DNA of 64,000 bases from an uncultured Dehalococcoidia bacterium. Lineage in GTDB: Bacteria; Chloroflexota; Dehalococcoidia; Lucifugimonadales; UBA1123. The stretch lies in contig CAZIDM010000007.1 in assembly GCA_964537915.1 (NCBI GenBank), positions 8,879 to 72,878 of the forward strand, written 5' to 3'. Below, in pieces: positions 8,748 through 17,010 of the stretch. Below the pieces are notes generated by a model. It saw only the letters and a program-made list of their open reading frames with translations. It had not been told where the DNA came from and did not search any database. Position 1 is the first letter of the stretch; each line of letters starts with the position of its first letter. The position numbers and the translations under genes were made by a program.

Positions 8748-8876
8748 AACATAGACGCATCAGTACATCAAAGATGGCTATCTGGTGAGATTCTTCTTTA
8801 CGGATCTGCCTGGACTATGTCGGGCCGATGCACGTTAGGGGGCATTTGGTCTGTAATCGAGATAGCATGAAGAGCA

Positions 8877-9201
8877 ATGAACCTCTCCATCATCATCCCG
8901 GCCTTTGAGGAGGCGGACTACCTTCCGGCCACGCTGGACTCGATACAGCGCGCAACTGAGCATCTACAGTCGCAGGTTGACGTTGGCGTAGAGGTAATCG
9001 TCGTCGACAACAACAGCACGGACGACACCGCGGCGGTCGCTGAAGCTCGGGGCGCGACGGTGGTACGTGAGACGGTGCAGGGCATCGGGAGGGCGCGCAA
9101 CTGTGGGGCGGGTGCTGATGTTCACCAACCCGATCTTCATCGCGCTGTTCCGGCGATGGAAGGCGGCATGGGCCGACTGGTACAAGCGACCGGTACGTTA
9201 G
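8877..9201 (+). pseudogene. family-2 glycosyltransferase remnant (N-terminal ~80 aa, then out-of-frame C-terminal piece)
   Basis: LSIIIPAFEEADYLPATLDSIQ...VIVVDNNSTDDTAAVAE is the GT2 N-terminus. After ~nt 9115 the similarity stops. A hydrophobic tail (LMFTNPIFIALFRRWKAAWADWYKRP) reads in another frame, and the listed ORF then runs into a repeat. Confidence 0.55.
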
Positions 9202-9213
9202 GACGCAACCGAC

Positions 9214-9288
9214 GGCCCTTCGACAAGCTCAGGGCGAACGGTTTACTGAGACTCAGATCCTGCCCCGTACTTGATACGGGGGCGAACT
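9214..9288. repeat. REP-like palindromic units ('FDKLRA' and 'CPVLDTGA' types)
   Basis: cccttcgacaagctcagggcgaacgg and ccccgtacttgatacggggg recur in at least 8 other intergenic sites in this window. Confidence 0.8.
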
Positions 9289-9322
9289 AGAGATTGAGGG
9301 CGAGACGATAAGACCCTAGCAA

Positions 9323-9460
9323 TCACCAGGGGTTGGTGGCGTCCATCTCCCACTTGGTGATGTCCCTGACGACGATGGGCCTGTCCTCGGTGAAGAGCCT
9401 GACGCCCCTGCTGTCGTCCCTGGTGGGGTAGATCCGCCTGCCCCTGTCAGGAAGCAGCAT
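9323..9460 (-). pseudogene. vapC remnant (only MLLPD retained, then unrelated 40 aa)
   Basis: Below the 60-aa cutoff. ATG at 9460 lies 6 nt after the vapB-2 stop, as in the intact pair. The translation MLLPDRGRRIYPTRDDSRG... diverges from VapC after 5 residues. Confidence 0.5.
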
Positions 9461-9466
9461 CTCCGG

Positions 9467-9742
9467 TCAGGTGGGCCAGGACCCGAACTGCACCTCGTCT
9501 TCGAGGACTTCAAGAGCGCGTGGCCGATCGAGGTCTACACTGGGACGCAGCCGATTGCCCCGCACTGTAACAAGCTGAAACGGCGGGGAAGTAGATGGCT
9601 CGTCACGCTTGAGCGCATCGTCCAGTATCCTCGCGATGGATGCACTCACGCTCAAGCCCTGCTCGGCAGCCTTGCGGCGCACCTGCCTGGCAAGTTGGTC
9701 ATCCAGCGAAATAGTAGTCCTCACTATGCAGAACATAGACAC
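9467..9742 (-). CDS. vapB: second VapB-type antitoxin (paralogue of 8478..8747), orphan
   Basis: VRTTISLDDQLARQVRRKAAEQGLSVSASIARILDDALKR...LEVLEDEVQFGS is collinear with, and highly similar to, the first VapB over its whole length. Confidence 0.75.
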   Translation of the reverse strand: MSMFCIVRTTISLDDQLARQVRRKAAEQGLSVSASIARILDDALKRDEPSTSPPFQLVTVRGNRLRPSVDLDRPRALEVLEDEVQFGSWPT

Positions 9743-9817
9743 ATAAGTGCATCAACGCGGCTCTGTTCAGCCGTTGTCAGCTTAGAGGCTATCCGCCGGT
9801 TCGAGTGCTGTGCGACT

Positions 9818-10312
9818 ATGGATGAGACTCAAGAAAGCGAGGACCAACCAGCAATGACTGTAACTTCCAGGATAAGTCCCTTTCTGTGGTTTGACGGGCA
9901 GGCCGAGGAGGCGGCCGAGTTCTACGTCTCGGTGTTCCCCAACTCTAAGGTGCTGAGCGTCTCCAAGATAGGAGGCGGCCCGGACGACGGCGGGGCGATC
10001 GTGGAGTTTGAGATCGACGGCCTCAAGTTCGGCGGTGTGGACGGCGGCCCGATGTACAAGCCGACTCCGGCCATATCGTTCGTGGTCTCGTGCGACTCCC
10101 AGGAGGAGATCGACTACTACTGGGACAGGCTCACTGAGGGCGGAGCGGAGAGCATGTGCGGCTGGCTGGAGGACAGGTTCGGCATATCCTGGCAGGTAGT
10201 CCCTTCGATGCTTGGGGAGCTTATGGGACCCGCACCGGATGCTGTAATGGCAGCCCTGCTGACGATGCAGAAGATCGACATCGAGCGGCTCCGCAAGGCC
10301 GCCGAAGGGTAA
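9818..10312 (+). CDS. VOC-superfamily protein (3-demethylubiquinone-9 3-methyltransferase-like/PhnB-like domain)
   Basis: ISPFLWFDGQAEEAAEFYVSVFPNSKV...CGWLEDRFGISWQVVP...MQKIDIERLRKAAEG is the typical PF06983 pattern. The start is either 9818 or 9854. Confidence 0.75.
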   Translation: MDETQESEDQPAMTVTSRISPFLWFDGQAEEAAEFYVSVFPNSKVLSVSKIGGGPDDGGAIVEFEIDGLKFGGVDGGPMYKPTPAISFVVSCDSQEEIDYYWDRLTEGGAESMCGWLEDRFGISWQVVPSMLGELMGPAPDAVMAALLTMQKIDIERLRKAAEG

Positions 10313-10324
10313 CGGGCAGCCGTC

Positions 10325-11119
10325 TCAGGGCCTGCGGGCCACCCAGATCATCTCGGTGCTGGTCTCGTCGAAGTCGGAGAGGTCGAAGTCGCCGTAGAGG
10401 GCTTCGATCTCGAAGCCGCATAACCGCAGCATGTGGTGGACCTCCCAGCGGTGGCAGTACCGGAGCTGGTAGTCGCGATACATGCTGCGACTGACGACGT
10501 TGTCGCTGTCGAGCTCTTCGATCAGCATCCGTATGCTGACGATCTGGTTGTGGAAGTCGTACCGGCTCTGCTGGTACAGCACGCGGGTGATGCCGGTCTC
10601 AGGGTCGGTCACGTCCATGAGGTGCCGCAGGTCATCGCTCTGCTCCAGCGCCATGTTCGGGTCGGGCACGAAGATGTTGAAGAGCAGTATGCCGTCGGGC
10701 TGGAGGTGCTGGTAGATCCGACGCAGGGCGCTGAACTGGTCCTCGACGCTCAGCAGCGCGAGGAAGCCCCTGAACGGCATCGTGGCCAGCGGGAATTCCC
10801 TTCTTCTTCCCTCTGAGTCGAAGAGCGCCAGGTCTCTTATGTCAGCGGTGATCAGCTCCAGGCTGCCGGCGGCGTCGCCGAGATTGGCGATCTTACGGGA
10901 TGCGACGGCGAGCATCGGCCCGGAGTTGTCGACGCCGACGACGTCTATGCCAACCTCGACCGTGGGTATCGCGACGCGGCCGGTTCCGACGCCGAGTTCC
11001 AGCACCGGACCTCCCGACTCTATGGCGGCGCGGGTGTAGAGGGGCAGGTCGGAGCGGACGTATGAGTAGACCGAGTCGTAGATCTCGGCCCAGGGGTCGT
11101 AGATGGTCTCTTGGTTCAT
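10325..11119 (-). CDS. class I SAM-dependent methyltransferase
   Basis: VLELGVGTGRVAIP...VVGVDNSGPML is SAM-binding motif I and post-I. Confidence 0.85.
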   Translation of the reverse strand: MNQETIYDPWAEIYDSVYSYVRSDLPLYTRAAIESGGPVLELGVGTGRVAIPTVEVGIDVVGVDNSGPMLAVASRKIANLGDAAGSLELITADIRDLALFDSEGRRREFPLATMPFRGFLALLSVEDQFSALRRIYQHLQPDGILLFNIFVPDPNMALEQSDDLRHLMDVTDPETGITRVLYQQSRYDFHNQIVSIRMLIEELDSDNVVSRSMYRDYQLRYCHRWEVHHMLRLCGFEIEALYGDFDLSDFDETSTEMIWVARRP

Positions 11120-11120
11120 G

Positions 11121-11702
11121 TTATGTGCCGGCGAGGCGATCGAGGGCGGCGCGGATGCGCTCCTCGTCGGGGGCGCCGGACTCGGTGCTGGCTATGGCCT
11201 CGTGGGCCTCGGTGTAGGCGTAGCCGAGGGCCGTGAGTGCGTCGACGAGGTCTGAGTCGACTCCCCCACCGTCGGTGCGACCGAAGTCCAGGTCGAGCTT
11301 GCCCTTGAGCTCCAGCACGATCCTGCTGGCCGTGCGGCGACCGACTCCGGGCACTGTGGACAGCGCCCTGGTGTCGCCTTCCTCGACGGCCTGCAACAGC
11401 GACATGGGACTGAAGCGCGCCAGCATGGCGAGCGCGAGTCGGGGGCCGATGCCGCTGATGTTCAGCAGCGTCTCGAAGGTGAGCTTCTCGTCCTCTGTCG
11501 AGAAGCCGTAGAGGGAGAGGCTGTCCTCCCTGACCTGTAGGGACGTATAGAGAGTGACTTCCTCTCCGACGCGTCCGATGACGTCGGCGGCGTTACCGGG
11601 AACGCTGACTCGCAGCGTGATGCCGCCCATGCCGACGTCCACCCAGTCCTCGCCGGTGCGCTGGAGGGTGCCAGAGATCGATGTGACAAGCGAAGATACC
11701 AC
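11121..11702 (-). CDS. ruvA: Holliday junction branch migration complex subunit RuvA
   Basis: ISGTLQRTGEDWVDVGMGGITLRVSVP...LYGF...EKLTFETLLNISGIGPRLALAML...VPGVGRRTASRIVLELK. Confidence 0.9.
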   Translation of the reverse strand: MVSSLVTSISGTLQRTGEDWVDVGMGGITLRVSVPGNAADVIGRVGEEVTLYTSLQVREDSLSLYGFSTEDEKLTFETLLNISGIGPRLALAMLARFSPMSLLQAVEEGDTRALSTVPGVGRRTASRIVLELKGKLDLDFGRTDGGGVDSDLVDALTALGYAYTEAHEAIASTESGAPDEERIRAALDRLAGT

Positions 11703-11705
11703 AGG

Positions 11706-12200
11706 CTACTCCCACATCTCGATGCCAAGCGTCTGGGTCGACTGCACGTGGCAGATGGCGACTGCCAGCGCGTCGGCCCTGTCGGGAGGGTCGAGCGGCT
11801 CGGTGAGTCCGAGCAGCGCCTGGACCATCCCCTGCACCTGCTCCTTGGAGCTTCCGCCGTAGTCGGTGACGGCCTTCTTGACCTCGCGGGGAGCGTAGGT
11901 GGCGACGGGCACGCCGTGGGACGCCGCGGCGATCATGGCGACGGCCTGCGACTGTCCAACGGCCACGGCGGCCTTGACGTTGCGTGACACGAAGGGCGAC
12001 TCGATCGCGACGACCTCGGGGTTGAGGTCCTGCACTATCGTGTCGAGCCGTTCGTGGAGCCACGCGAGGCGTTCGGCGATGTCGGCCTTCCGGGGCGGGT
12101 TGAGCGTCGTGGACAGGGTGACGGCATACTGGTCGCCGTCGACATCGACCGCGCCGATGCCCATGCTGTATGTTCCAGGGTCTATTCCGAGTACTAGCAA
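11706..12200 (-). CDS. ruvC: crossover junction endodeoxyribonuclease RuvC
   Basis: MLVLGIDPGTYSMGIGAV...VAIESPFVSRNVKAAVAVGQSQ...KKAVTDYGGSSKEQVQ...ADALAVAICH. Confidence 0.9.
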   Translation of the reverse strand: MLVLGIDPGTYSMGIGAVDVDGDQYAVTLSTTLNPPRKADIAERLAWLHERLDTIVQDLNPEVVAIESPFVSRNVKAAVAVGQSQAVAMIAAASHGVPVATYAPREVKKAVTDYGGSSKEQVQGMVQALLGLTEPLDPPDRADALAVAICHVQSTQTLGIEMWE

Positions 12201-12329
12201 TGGTTATCCACTAAGAACACTGAGGGCTCCAAGTTTGTTTAGATGATTATGCACGAAACGACGCCGGAGGGCGAAGAGGATCATGCATCATTAATGATGA
12301 ATTCCTGCTTTCGGAGAGGGGGTTATAGG

Positions 12330-13115
12330 CTATCGGATGGCGCGGTACCAGGGTGGGAGTGTGGCTTCGGCGCCGGACCAGGTGGACTGGCACTGGCAGT
12401 CGAGGTCGGTGGGCAGCTCTGCGATGGCGCGGCGGAGTATCGGGGCAAGGTCGTCGGGGGTGATCATGACCCAGTCGGTCTCGTCCTCGACGCCGGCGAC
12501 ATCGCTCAGCCAGGCGAGGCCGGCGTAGCACATCTCCAGCTCCCTGAAGTAGACGACCTCGGGGTAGATCGTCGTGCAGATGATGTCGGCTCCCCAGATG
12601 CGGTAGGCGTTGATCTCGGCAGGGGTCTCGTTGTGCGGACCCTGGACACAGATGTTGACCGCGCCGTCGTGGACTCGCCGGTCGGTCTCGGCGCGAGCGG
12701 AGTCGACCAGCGCGCGTCGCAGTCCGGGACAGAACGGGACGTTCATGTTGGCCCTGAACCAGCCCTCGTCGCCGTCGAAGACCGTCGTGGGAGTGCGCTC
12801 GCACATGCGAATGAAGTCGCTGTAGACGACCAGGTCGTCGACCCGGTAGTCCGTGTTGATCGCGCCGAAGCCGTTGAGGGTGATGACACGGCGGACGCCC
12901 AACTGCCTGAAGGCGACGGAGTGGGCGGCGTGGTTGACGAGGTCGGCCTGCAGGCTGTCGTTGGGGCCGAAGCGCCGGATGTAGTAGACGGTATTGGGTC
13001 CGATCTCGCCCTCGAGGACGCTGACGGCGCCGAACCTGGTGTCGACGTCGGTCCTCGCGCCGGTGCGTTCGAGGATGGCTTCGTATTTAGAAGCGCCGAG
13101 TATGCCGATTTTCAT
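12330..13115 (-). CDS. purine/5'-methylthioadenosine nucleoside phosphorylase-family protein
   Basis: MKIGILGAS...YYIRRFGPNDSLQADLVNHAAHSVAFRQLGVRRVITLNGFGAIN resembles MTAP/PNP-family proteins. The assignment rests on motifs only. Confidence 0.6.
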   Translation of the reverse strand: MKIGILGASKYEAILERTGARTDVDTRFGAVSVLEGEIGPNTVYYIRRFGPNDSLQADLVNHAAHSVAFRQLGVRRVITLNGFGAINTDYRVDDLVVYSDFIRMCERTPTTVFDGDEGWFRANMNVPFCPGLRRALVDSARAETDRRVHDGAVNICVQGPHNETPAEINAYRIWGADIICTTIYPEVVYFRELEMCYAGLAWLSDVAGVEDETDWVMITPDDLAPILRRAIAELPTDLDCQCQSTWSGAEATLPPWYRAIR

Positions 13116-13125
13116 GGTGCTGCCT

Positions 13126-13422
13126 GTCTGAACTCGGATTTGTCTGATTAAGGGATTTTCTGGATTACGTTGGTGGTTGATGAGGTTGGTGGGAGTGGCT
13201 GGACTTTGATCTGTGGGATTAGGGGCTTTCTGTGATTGCGTTGGTGGCTGATGAGGAAGTCTGAACTCTGATTTGTCTGATTAGGGGATTTTCTGGATTA
13301 CGTTGGTGGTTGGTGGGGATGTTTGGACTTTGATTTGGGGTGTTTTTGTGATTGCGAACCAAGTGCGCCGACCACCCAGGTAATCATGACAATCCATTAA
13401 TCACATAAATCCGAGTTCAGAC
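13126..13422. repeat. four tandem ~62-66-bp units (gtctgaactcggatttgtctgattaggggattttctggattacgttggtgg...) followed by one inverted partial copy
   Basis: Units start near 13126, 13197, 13259 and 13321. An inverted copy (aatccgagttcagac) ends at 13422 and contains the stop codon of the GxxExxY gene. Confidence 0.85.
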
Positions 13423-13821
13423 AGTTGCCCGTCGTTTGAACTTCCGGTTGAGGACTCTCTTGAACTGGAGACTCTTCGCGCCGAAGTTTATCAGGAGTCC
13501 GACTTCGAGGTCGTATGCTTCCAGGTAGTTGATTGCCTGTGCGAGGTGGACGTCCTCCAGTTGCGTGATGGCCTTCAGTTCGACGGAGACGACGCCTTCG
13601 ACCAGGAAGTCGACTCTACGTGTGCCAACCTGCTGCCCTCTGTACAGGACGGGCATCTCGTGCTCGCGGCTGAAGGAGATGCTCTCATCGGCCAGCTCGA
13701 TCGCGAGAGCGCGCTGGTAGATAACCTCCTGAAAGCCGCTGCCAAGCGCGGAGTGGACCGACATAGCGCAGCCGATTACCCTTCGGGTTAGGTCGGAGTA
13801 TCTGTATTCCTTGTTGATCAC
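13417..13821 (-). CDS. GxxExxY protein (PD-(D/E)XK nuclease superfamily, PDDEXK_3-like)
   Basis: LTRRVIGCAMSVHSALGSGFQEVIYQRALAIEL...RRVDFLVEGVVSVELKA...AQAINYLEAYDLEVGLLINFG. The start is set at GVG-context GTG 13821, because the upstream part of ORF 13417..13896 translates repeat DNA. Confidence 0.8.
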   Translation of the reverse strand: MINKEYRYSDLTRRVIGCAMSVHSALGSGFQEVIYQRALAIELADESISFSREHEMPVLYRGQQVGTRRVDFLVEGVVSVELKAITQLEDVHLAQAINYLEAYDLEVGLLINFGAKSLQFKRVLNRKFKRRATV

Positions 13822-13848
13822 GAGAGGTCGGGCGTGGGTCGGGCGATT

Positions 13849-13959
13849 GTCTGAACTCAGATTCGTCTGATTTCTATGATTAATGTGATTACGCACCAGG
13901 TGAAGCAGCCATGAACGTAATCATGAAAATCCCCTAATCAGACAAATCCGAGTTCAGAC
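13849..13959. repeat. ~110-bp hairpin made of two inverted copies of the 13126-type repeat
   Basis: gtctgaactcagattcgtctgatt...aatcagacaaatccgagttcagac, with the arms complementary over ~25 nt. Confidence 0.8.
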
Positions 13960-13980
13960 GGCGAATGGAAGACTAGCCCC

Positions 13981-14733
13981 CTACCCCCCGTAGTTGGCGA
14001 GGGCCTCGTCGGGGAAGTCGGCGTTGGAGTAGACCTGCTGGACATCGTCTATCTCTTCGAGCTGGTCCAGGAGGCGCAGGATCTGGCCGGCCATGCGGGT
14101 GTCGAGGGTTACGGTGTGGCTGGGGATCAGGGAGACCTCGGACGAGCTGATGGAGGCGTCGCTGGACTCGAGGGCGCTGCGTACTTCCTCGAGGGTGCCG
14201 GGCTCTGAGTAGACCTGGAGTATCGAGTCGTCGGTGTCGACGTCCTCTGCTCCGGCGTCGATGGCGATGAGGGCGAATTCGTCGGCCTCGTCGTCGCCCG
14301 CCTCGACGGTTATCACTCCGCGCTTCTCGAACTGCCAGGAGACTGAGCCGGCCTCGGCGAGGTTGCCTCCGGCGCGGGTGAGCGTGGTGCGCACGGCGGA
14401 AACGGTGCGGTTGCGGTTGTCGGTCAGGGTCTCGAGCATGATGGCGACGCCGCCTGGGCCGTAGCCCTCGTAGACGGCCTCGATCATCTGGACGCCGTCG
14501 CCGCCCTCACCGGTGCCGCGCTTGATGGCGCGGTCGATGTTGTCGTTGGGCATGTTGGCGTCCTTGGCGTGCTGGATCGCCATACGGAGCCTGAAGTTGC
14601 CGTCGGGGTCTCCGCCGCCCTGCTGCGCGGCCACGATGATCTCACGCGCGAGCTTGGTGAACAGCTTGCCGCGTCGCTGGTCGGTGATCGCCTTGGCGTG
14701 CTTGATCTGCTTCCACTTGGAATGTCCAGCCAT
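13981..14733 (-). CDS. yebC: YebC/PmpR-family transcriptional regulator
   Basis: MAGHSKWKQIKHAKAITDQRRGKLFTKLAREI...NMPNDNIDRAIKRG. Start taken at the internal Met (14733). Confidence 0.9.
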   Translation of the reverse strand: MAGHSKWKQIKHAKAITDQRRGKLFTKLAREIIVAAQQGGGDPDGNFRLRMAIQHAKDANMPNDNIDRAIKRGTGEGGDGVQMIEAVYEGYGPGGVAIMLETLTDNRNRTVSAVRTTLTRAGGNLAEAGSVSWQFEKRGVITVEAGDDEADEFALIAIDAGAEDVDTDDSILQVYSEPGTLEEVRSALESSDASISSSEVSLIPSHTVTLDTRMAGQILRLLDQLEEIDDVQQVYSNADFPDEALANYGG

Positions 14734-14875
14734 GTCGAAACTCCGCTGTTTGCGCTGCTCCGGGTGGGGCCAGATGGATGGCCTCGGAAGCTTGGACAAA
14801 CGGGGTGCCCAAGCCCGGAGAGGCGGGTGGGATTGGGGCAGATTCTAGCATAGATTCAATGCATTGGTGGCATGG

Positions 14876-15030
14876 GGAGTAGGAGCGGTTCGAGAACCGC
14901 CCAGGTTGGTATACATCGCGACCAAGAGTGGTGCAGTGGATTCGCCCTCACCCCAACCCTCTCCCCCAGGAGAGGGGGCAGTTGGTTGGAGCAGGACGAA
15001 GGGCGATTCTCGAACCGTCCCTGCAATGCG
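14876..15030. repeat. REP-like array ('GAVREPP', 'PSPPGEG', 'RFSNRP' unit types)
   Basis: ggagcggttcgagaaccgccc, ccctcaccccaaccctctcccccaggagaggggg and gggcgattctcgaaccgtccc are each a small palindrome that recurs elsewhere in the window. Confidence 0.8.
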
Positions 15031-15083
15031 ACGGATGGGTCGTGTAGGATTGGGCTTTCCCCAAGACCTGCGGGTGCGGTGTT

Positions 15084-16070
15084 ATGTCCCAGATCGTTGT
15101 TGAGGACCTCGTCAAACGCTTTCGGATCGCGGAGCGCGACCCGGGGCTTGTGGGCGCGCTGCGTGGGGTCGTTCATCGCCGGTATCACACCATCGACGCG
15201 CTGGACGGGGTGTCGTTCTCGATAGAGCCGGGGGAGCTGGTGGGCTACATCGGGCCGAACGGCGCGGGGAAGTCGACGACGATCAAGATCATCTCGGGCA
15301 TCCTGGTGCCGGACTCGGGAAGGTGCGAGATCCTCGGGCGTGTGCCGTGGCGGGAGCGTCAGGAGCACGTGCGGGACATCGGGGTCGTGTTCGGACAGAG
15401 GACGCAGCTCTGGTGGGACCTGCCGGTGATCGAGTCTTTCGACCTGCTGCGGGACATCTACCGGGTGCCGAGGGACGTGTACGCGCGCAACCGCGACGAG
15501 TTCATCGAGGTGCTGGACCTGAGCGCGCTGCTCGACGTGCCGGTGCGCCAGCTCAGCCTGGGTCAGCGGATGCGCTGCGACCTGGCGGCTGCGCTGCTGC
15601 ACTCGCCGTCGATCCTGTTCCTGGACGAGCCGACGATCGGACTGGACGCGGTGTCGAAACTGGCGTTCAGGGACTTCATCCGGCGGTTCAACAGGGAGCG
15701 GGAGATCACGGTCATCCTAACGACGCACGACATGGACGACATCGAGGCGCTGTGCGACAGGGTCATGGTCATCAGCAGCGGCAAGATTCTGTCGGACGGC
15801 AGTCTGGACGAACTCCGACGGCGGATCTCGAACGAGCGCCGGCTGGTGGTGGAGCTTGTGGACGAGAGCGACGAGATATCCGACCCCGACGCCAGGGTGA
15901 CGGAACGAGTCGGGCGACGCGTGGCGCTGAGCTTCGACCCGGAGTCGGTGTCGGCGGCGGATTTGATCGGGCGGGTGACGTCGGCGCATCCGGTGCGGGA
16001 CCTGTTCGTGGAGAACCCGCCGATCGAGGAGATCGTCGCGGGGATCTATGTTGATTCCAACAGTGAGTGA
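15084..16070 (+). CDS. ABC transporter ATP-binding protein (ABC-2 type)
   Basis: Walker A GPNGAGKST, signature LSLGQRMR, Walker B ILFLDEPTIGLD. Confidence 0.9.
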   Translation: MSQIVVEDLVKRFRIAERDPGLVGALRGVVHRRYHTIDALDGVSFSIEPGELVGYIGPNGAGKSTTIKIISGILVPDSGRCEILGRVPWRERQEHVRDIGVVFGQRTQLWWDLPVIESFDLLRDIYRVPRDVYARNRDEFIEVLDLSALLDVPVRQLSLGQRMRCDLAAALLHSPSILFLDEPTIGLDAVSKLAFRDFIRRFNREREITVILTTHDMDDIEALCDRVMVISSGKILSDGSLDELRRRISNERRLVVELVDESDEISDPDARVTERVGRRVALSFDPESVSAADLIGRVTSAHPVRDLFVENPPIEEIVAGIYVDSNSE

Positions 16071-16094
16071 AGAGGAGTGAGGAGCGAGAGCCGT

Positions 16095-16207
16095 CCCCAC
16101 ACTCCTCTGGATTCCCGCTTTCGCGGGAATGACGATTCGGGTAGCGAGTGAAGAGGAGTGAGACTCACCCTCACCCCAGCCCTCTCCCGTCGAGGGAGAG
16201 GGGGCAG
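16095..16207. repeat. REP-like units ('IPAFAGMT' and 'PSPxGEG' types)
   Basis: ggattcccgctttcgcgggaatgacg and ctcaccccagccctctcccgtcgagggagaggggg. The short direct repeat agtgaagaggagtgag flanks the first unit. Confidence 0.8.
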
Positions 16208-16218
16208 AGGACGCGCAG

Positions 16219-17010
16219 GTGACTAGCTACTGGGCGGTGTTGAGCGCGCAGTTCAGGTCGCTGCTGCAGTACAGAGCGGCGGCGTTGGCGGGCCTGGGGA
16301 CGCAGGTATTCTGGGGGCTGATCCGCGTGATGATCTTCCAGGCGTTCTTCCGGTCGACGACTGCCGAGCAGCCGATGGCGCTCGACGACGTGCTGACCTA
16401 CGTCTGGCTGGGCCAGGCGTTTCTCGCGATGCTGCCCTGGAACCAGGACAACGAGCTTCGAGGGCTGATCCGCACGGGCAACGTGGGCTACGAGCTTCTG
16501 AGGCCGGTCGACCTGTACGGCTTCTGGTACTGCCGCTCGCTGGCCTTTCGCACCGCTCCGACGCTGCTGAGAGCGTTGCCGCTGATCGCCTTCGCGGGAC
16601 TGTTCATGGGCATGAATCCACCGGACTCGTGGGGCGCTGCGGGGGCGTTCGTGGTGTCGATAGTCGGGGCGATCCTGCTGAGCAGCGCGATCACAACGCT
16701 GTTCAGCATCACCATGATGTGGACGATCTCGGGAGACGGGGTGTTCGCGCTCGCGCCGGGCGTCGTCGGGCTGCTGTCCGGGCTGATAGTACCGCTCCCG
16801 CTGTTCCCGGACTGGGCGCAGACGGTACTGAACGTCCTGCCGTTCAGGGGGCTGGTGGACACGCCGTACCGGCTCTACCTCGGGCACATCCCGGCGAGCG
16901 ATCTGCCGTTGCTGCTGGCGCACCAGGTAGTGTGGATCGCGGCGATCGTGCTGATCGGGCGCTGGCTGCTGTCGCGCGGACAGCGGCGGCTGGTGGTACA
17001 GGGAGGATGA
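16219..17010 (+). CDS. ABC-2 family transporter permease
   Basis: 263-aa multi-TM protein following the ATPase. Its stop overlaps the next start (ATGA). Confidence 0.8.
   Translation: MTSYWAVLSAQFRSLLQYRAAALAGLGTQVFWGLIRVMIFQAFFRSTTAEQPMALDDVLTYVWLGQAFLAMLPWNQDNELRGLIRTGNVGYELLRPVDLYGFWYCRSLAFRTAPTLLRALPLIAFAGLFMGMNPPDSWGAAGAFVVSIVGAILLSSAITTLFSITMMWTISGDGVFALAPGVVGLLSGLIVPLPLFPDWAQTVLNVLPFRGLVDTPYRLYLGHIPASDLPLLLAHQVVWIAAIVLIGRWLLSRGQRRLVVQGG

Noticed and set aside
787-9750. An intact prophage or ICE around the serine recombinase.
   Set aside because: No capsid, tail, terminase, conjugation or replication genes are present. The block contains only TA, defence and small metabolic genes, so at most it is a degraded or cargo-only island.
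12243-13151. 302-aa ORF on the plus strand.
   Set aside because: It lies entirely antisense to the phosphorylase-like gene. Its Gly/Val/Asp/Ala-rich low-complexity translation is typical of shadow ORFs in high-G+C DNA.
13126-13370. Possible CRISPR array, and likewise 63134-63258.
   Set aside because: The units are directly abutting tandem repeats of 62-66 bp and 25 bp with no unique spacers. No cas genes are nearby.
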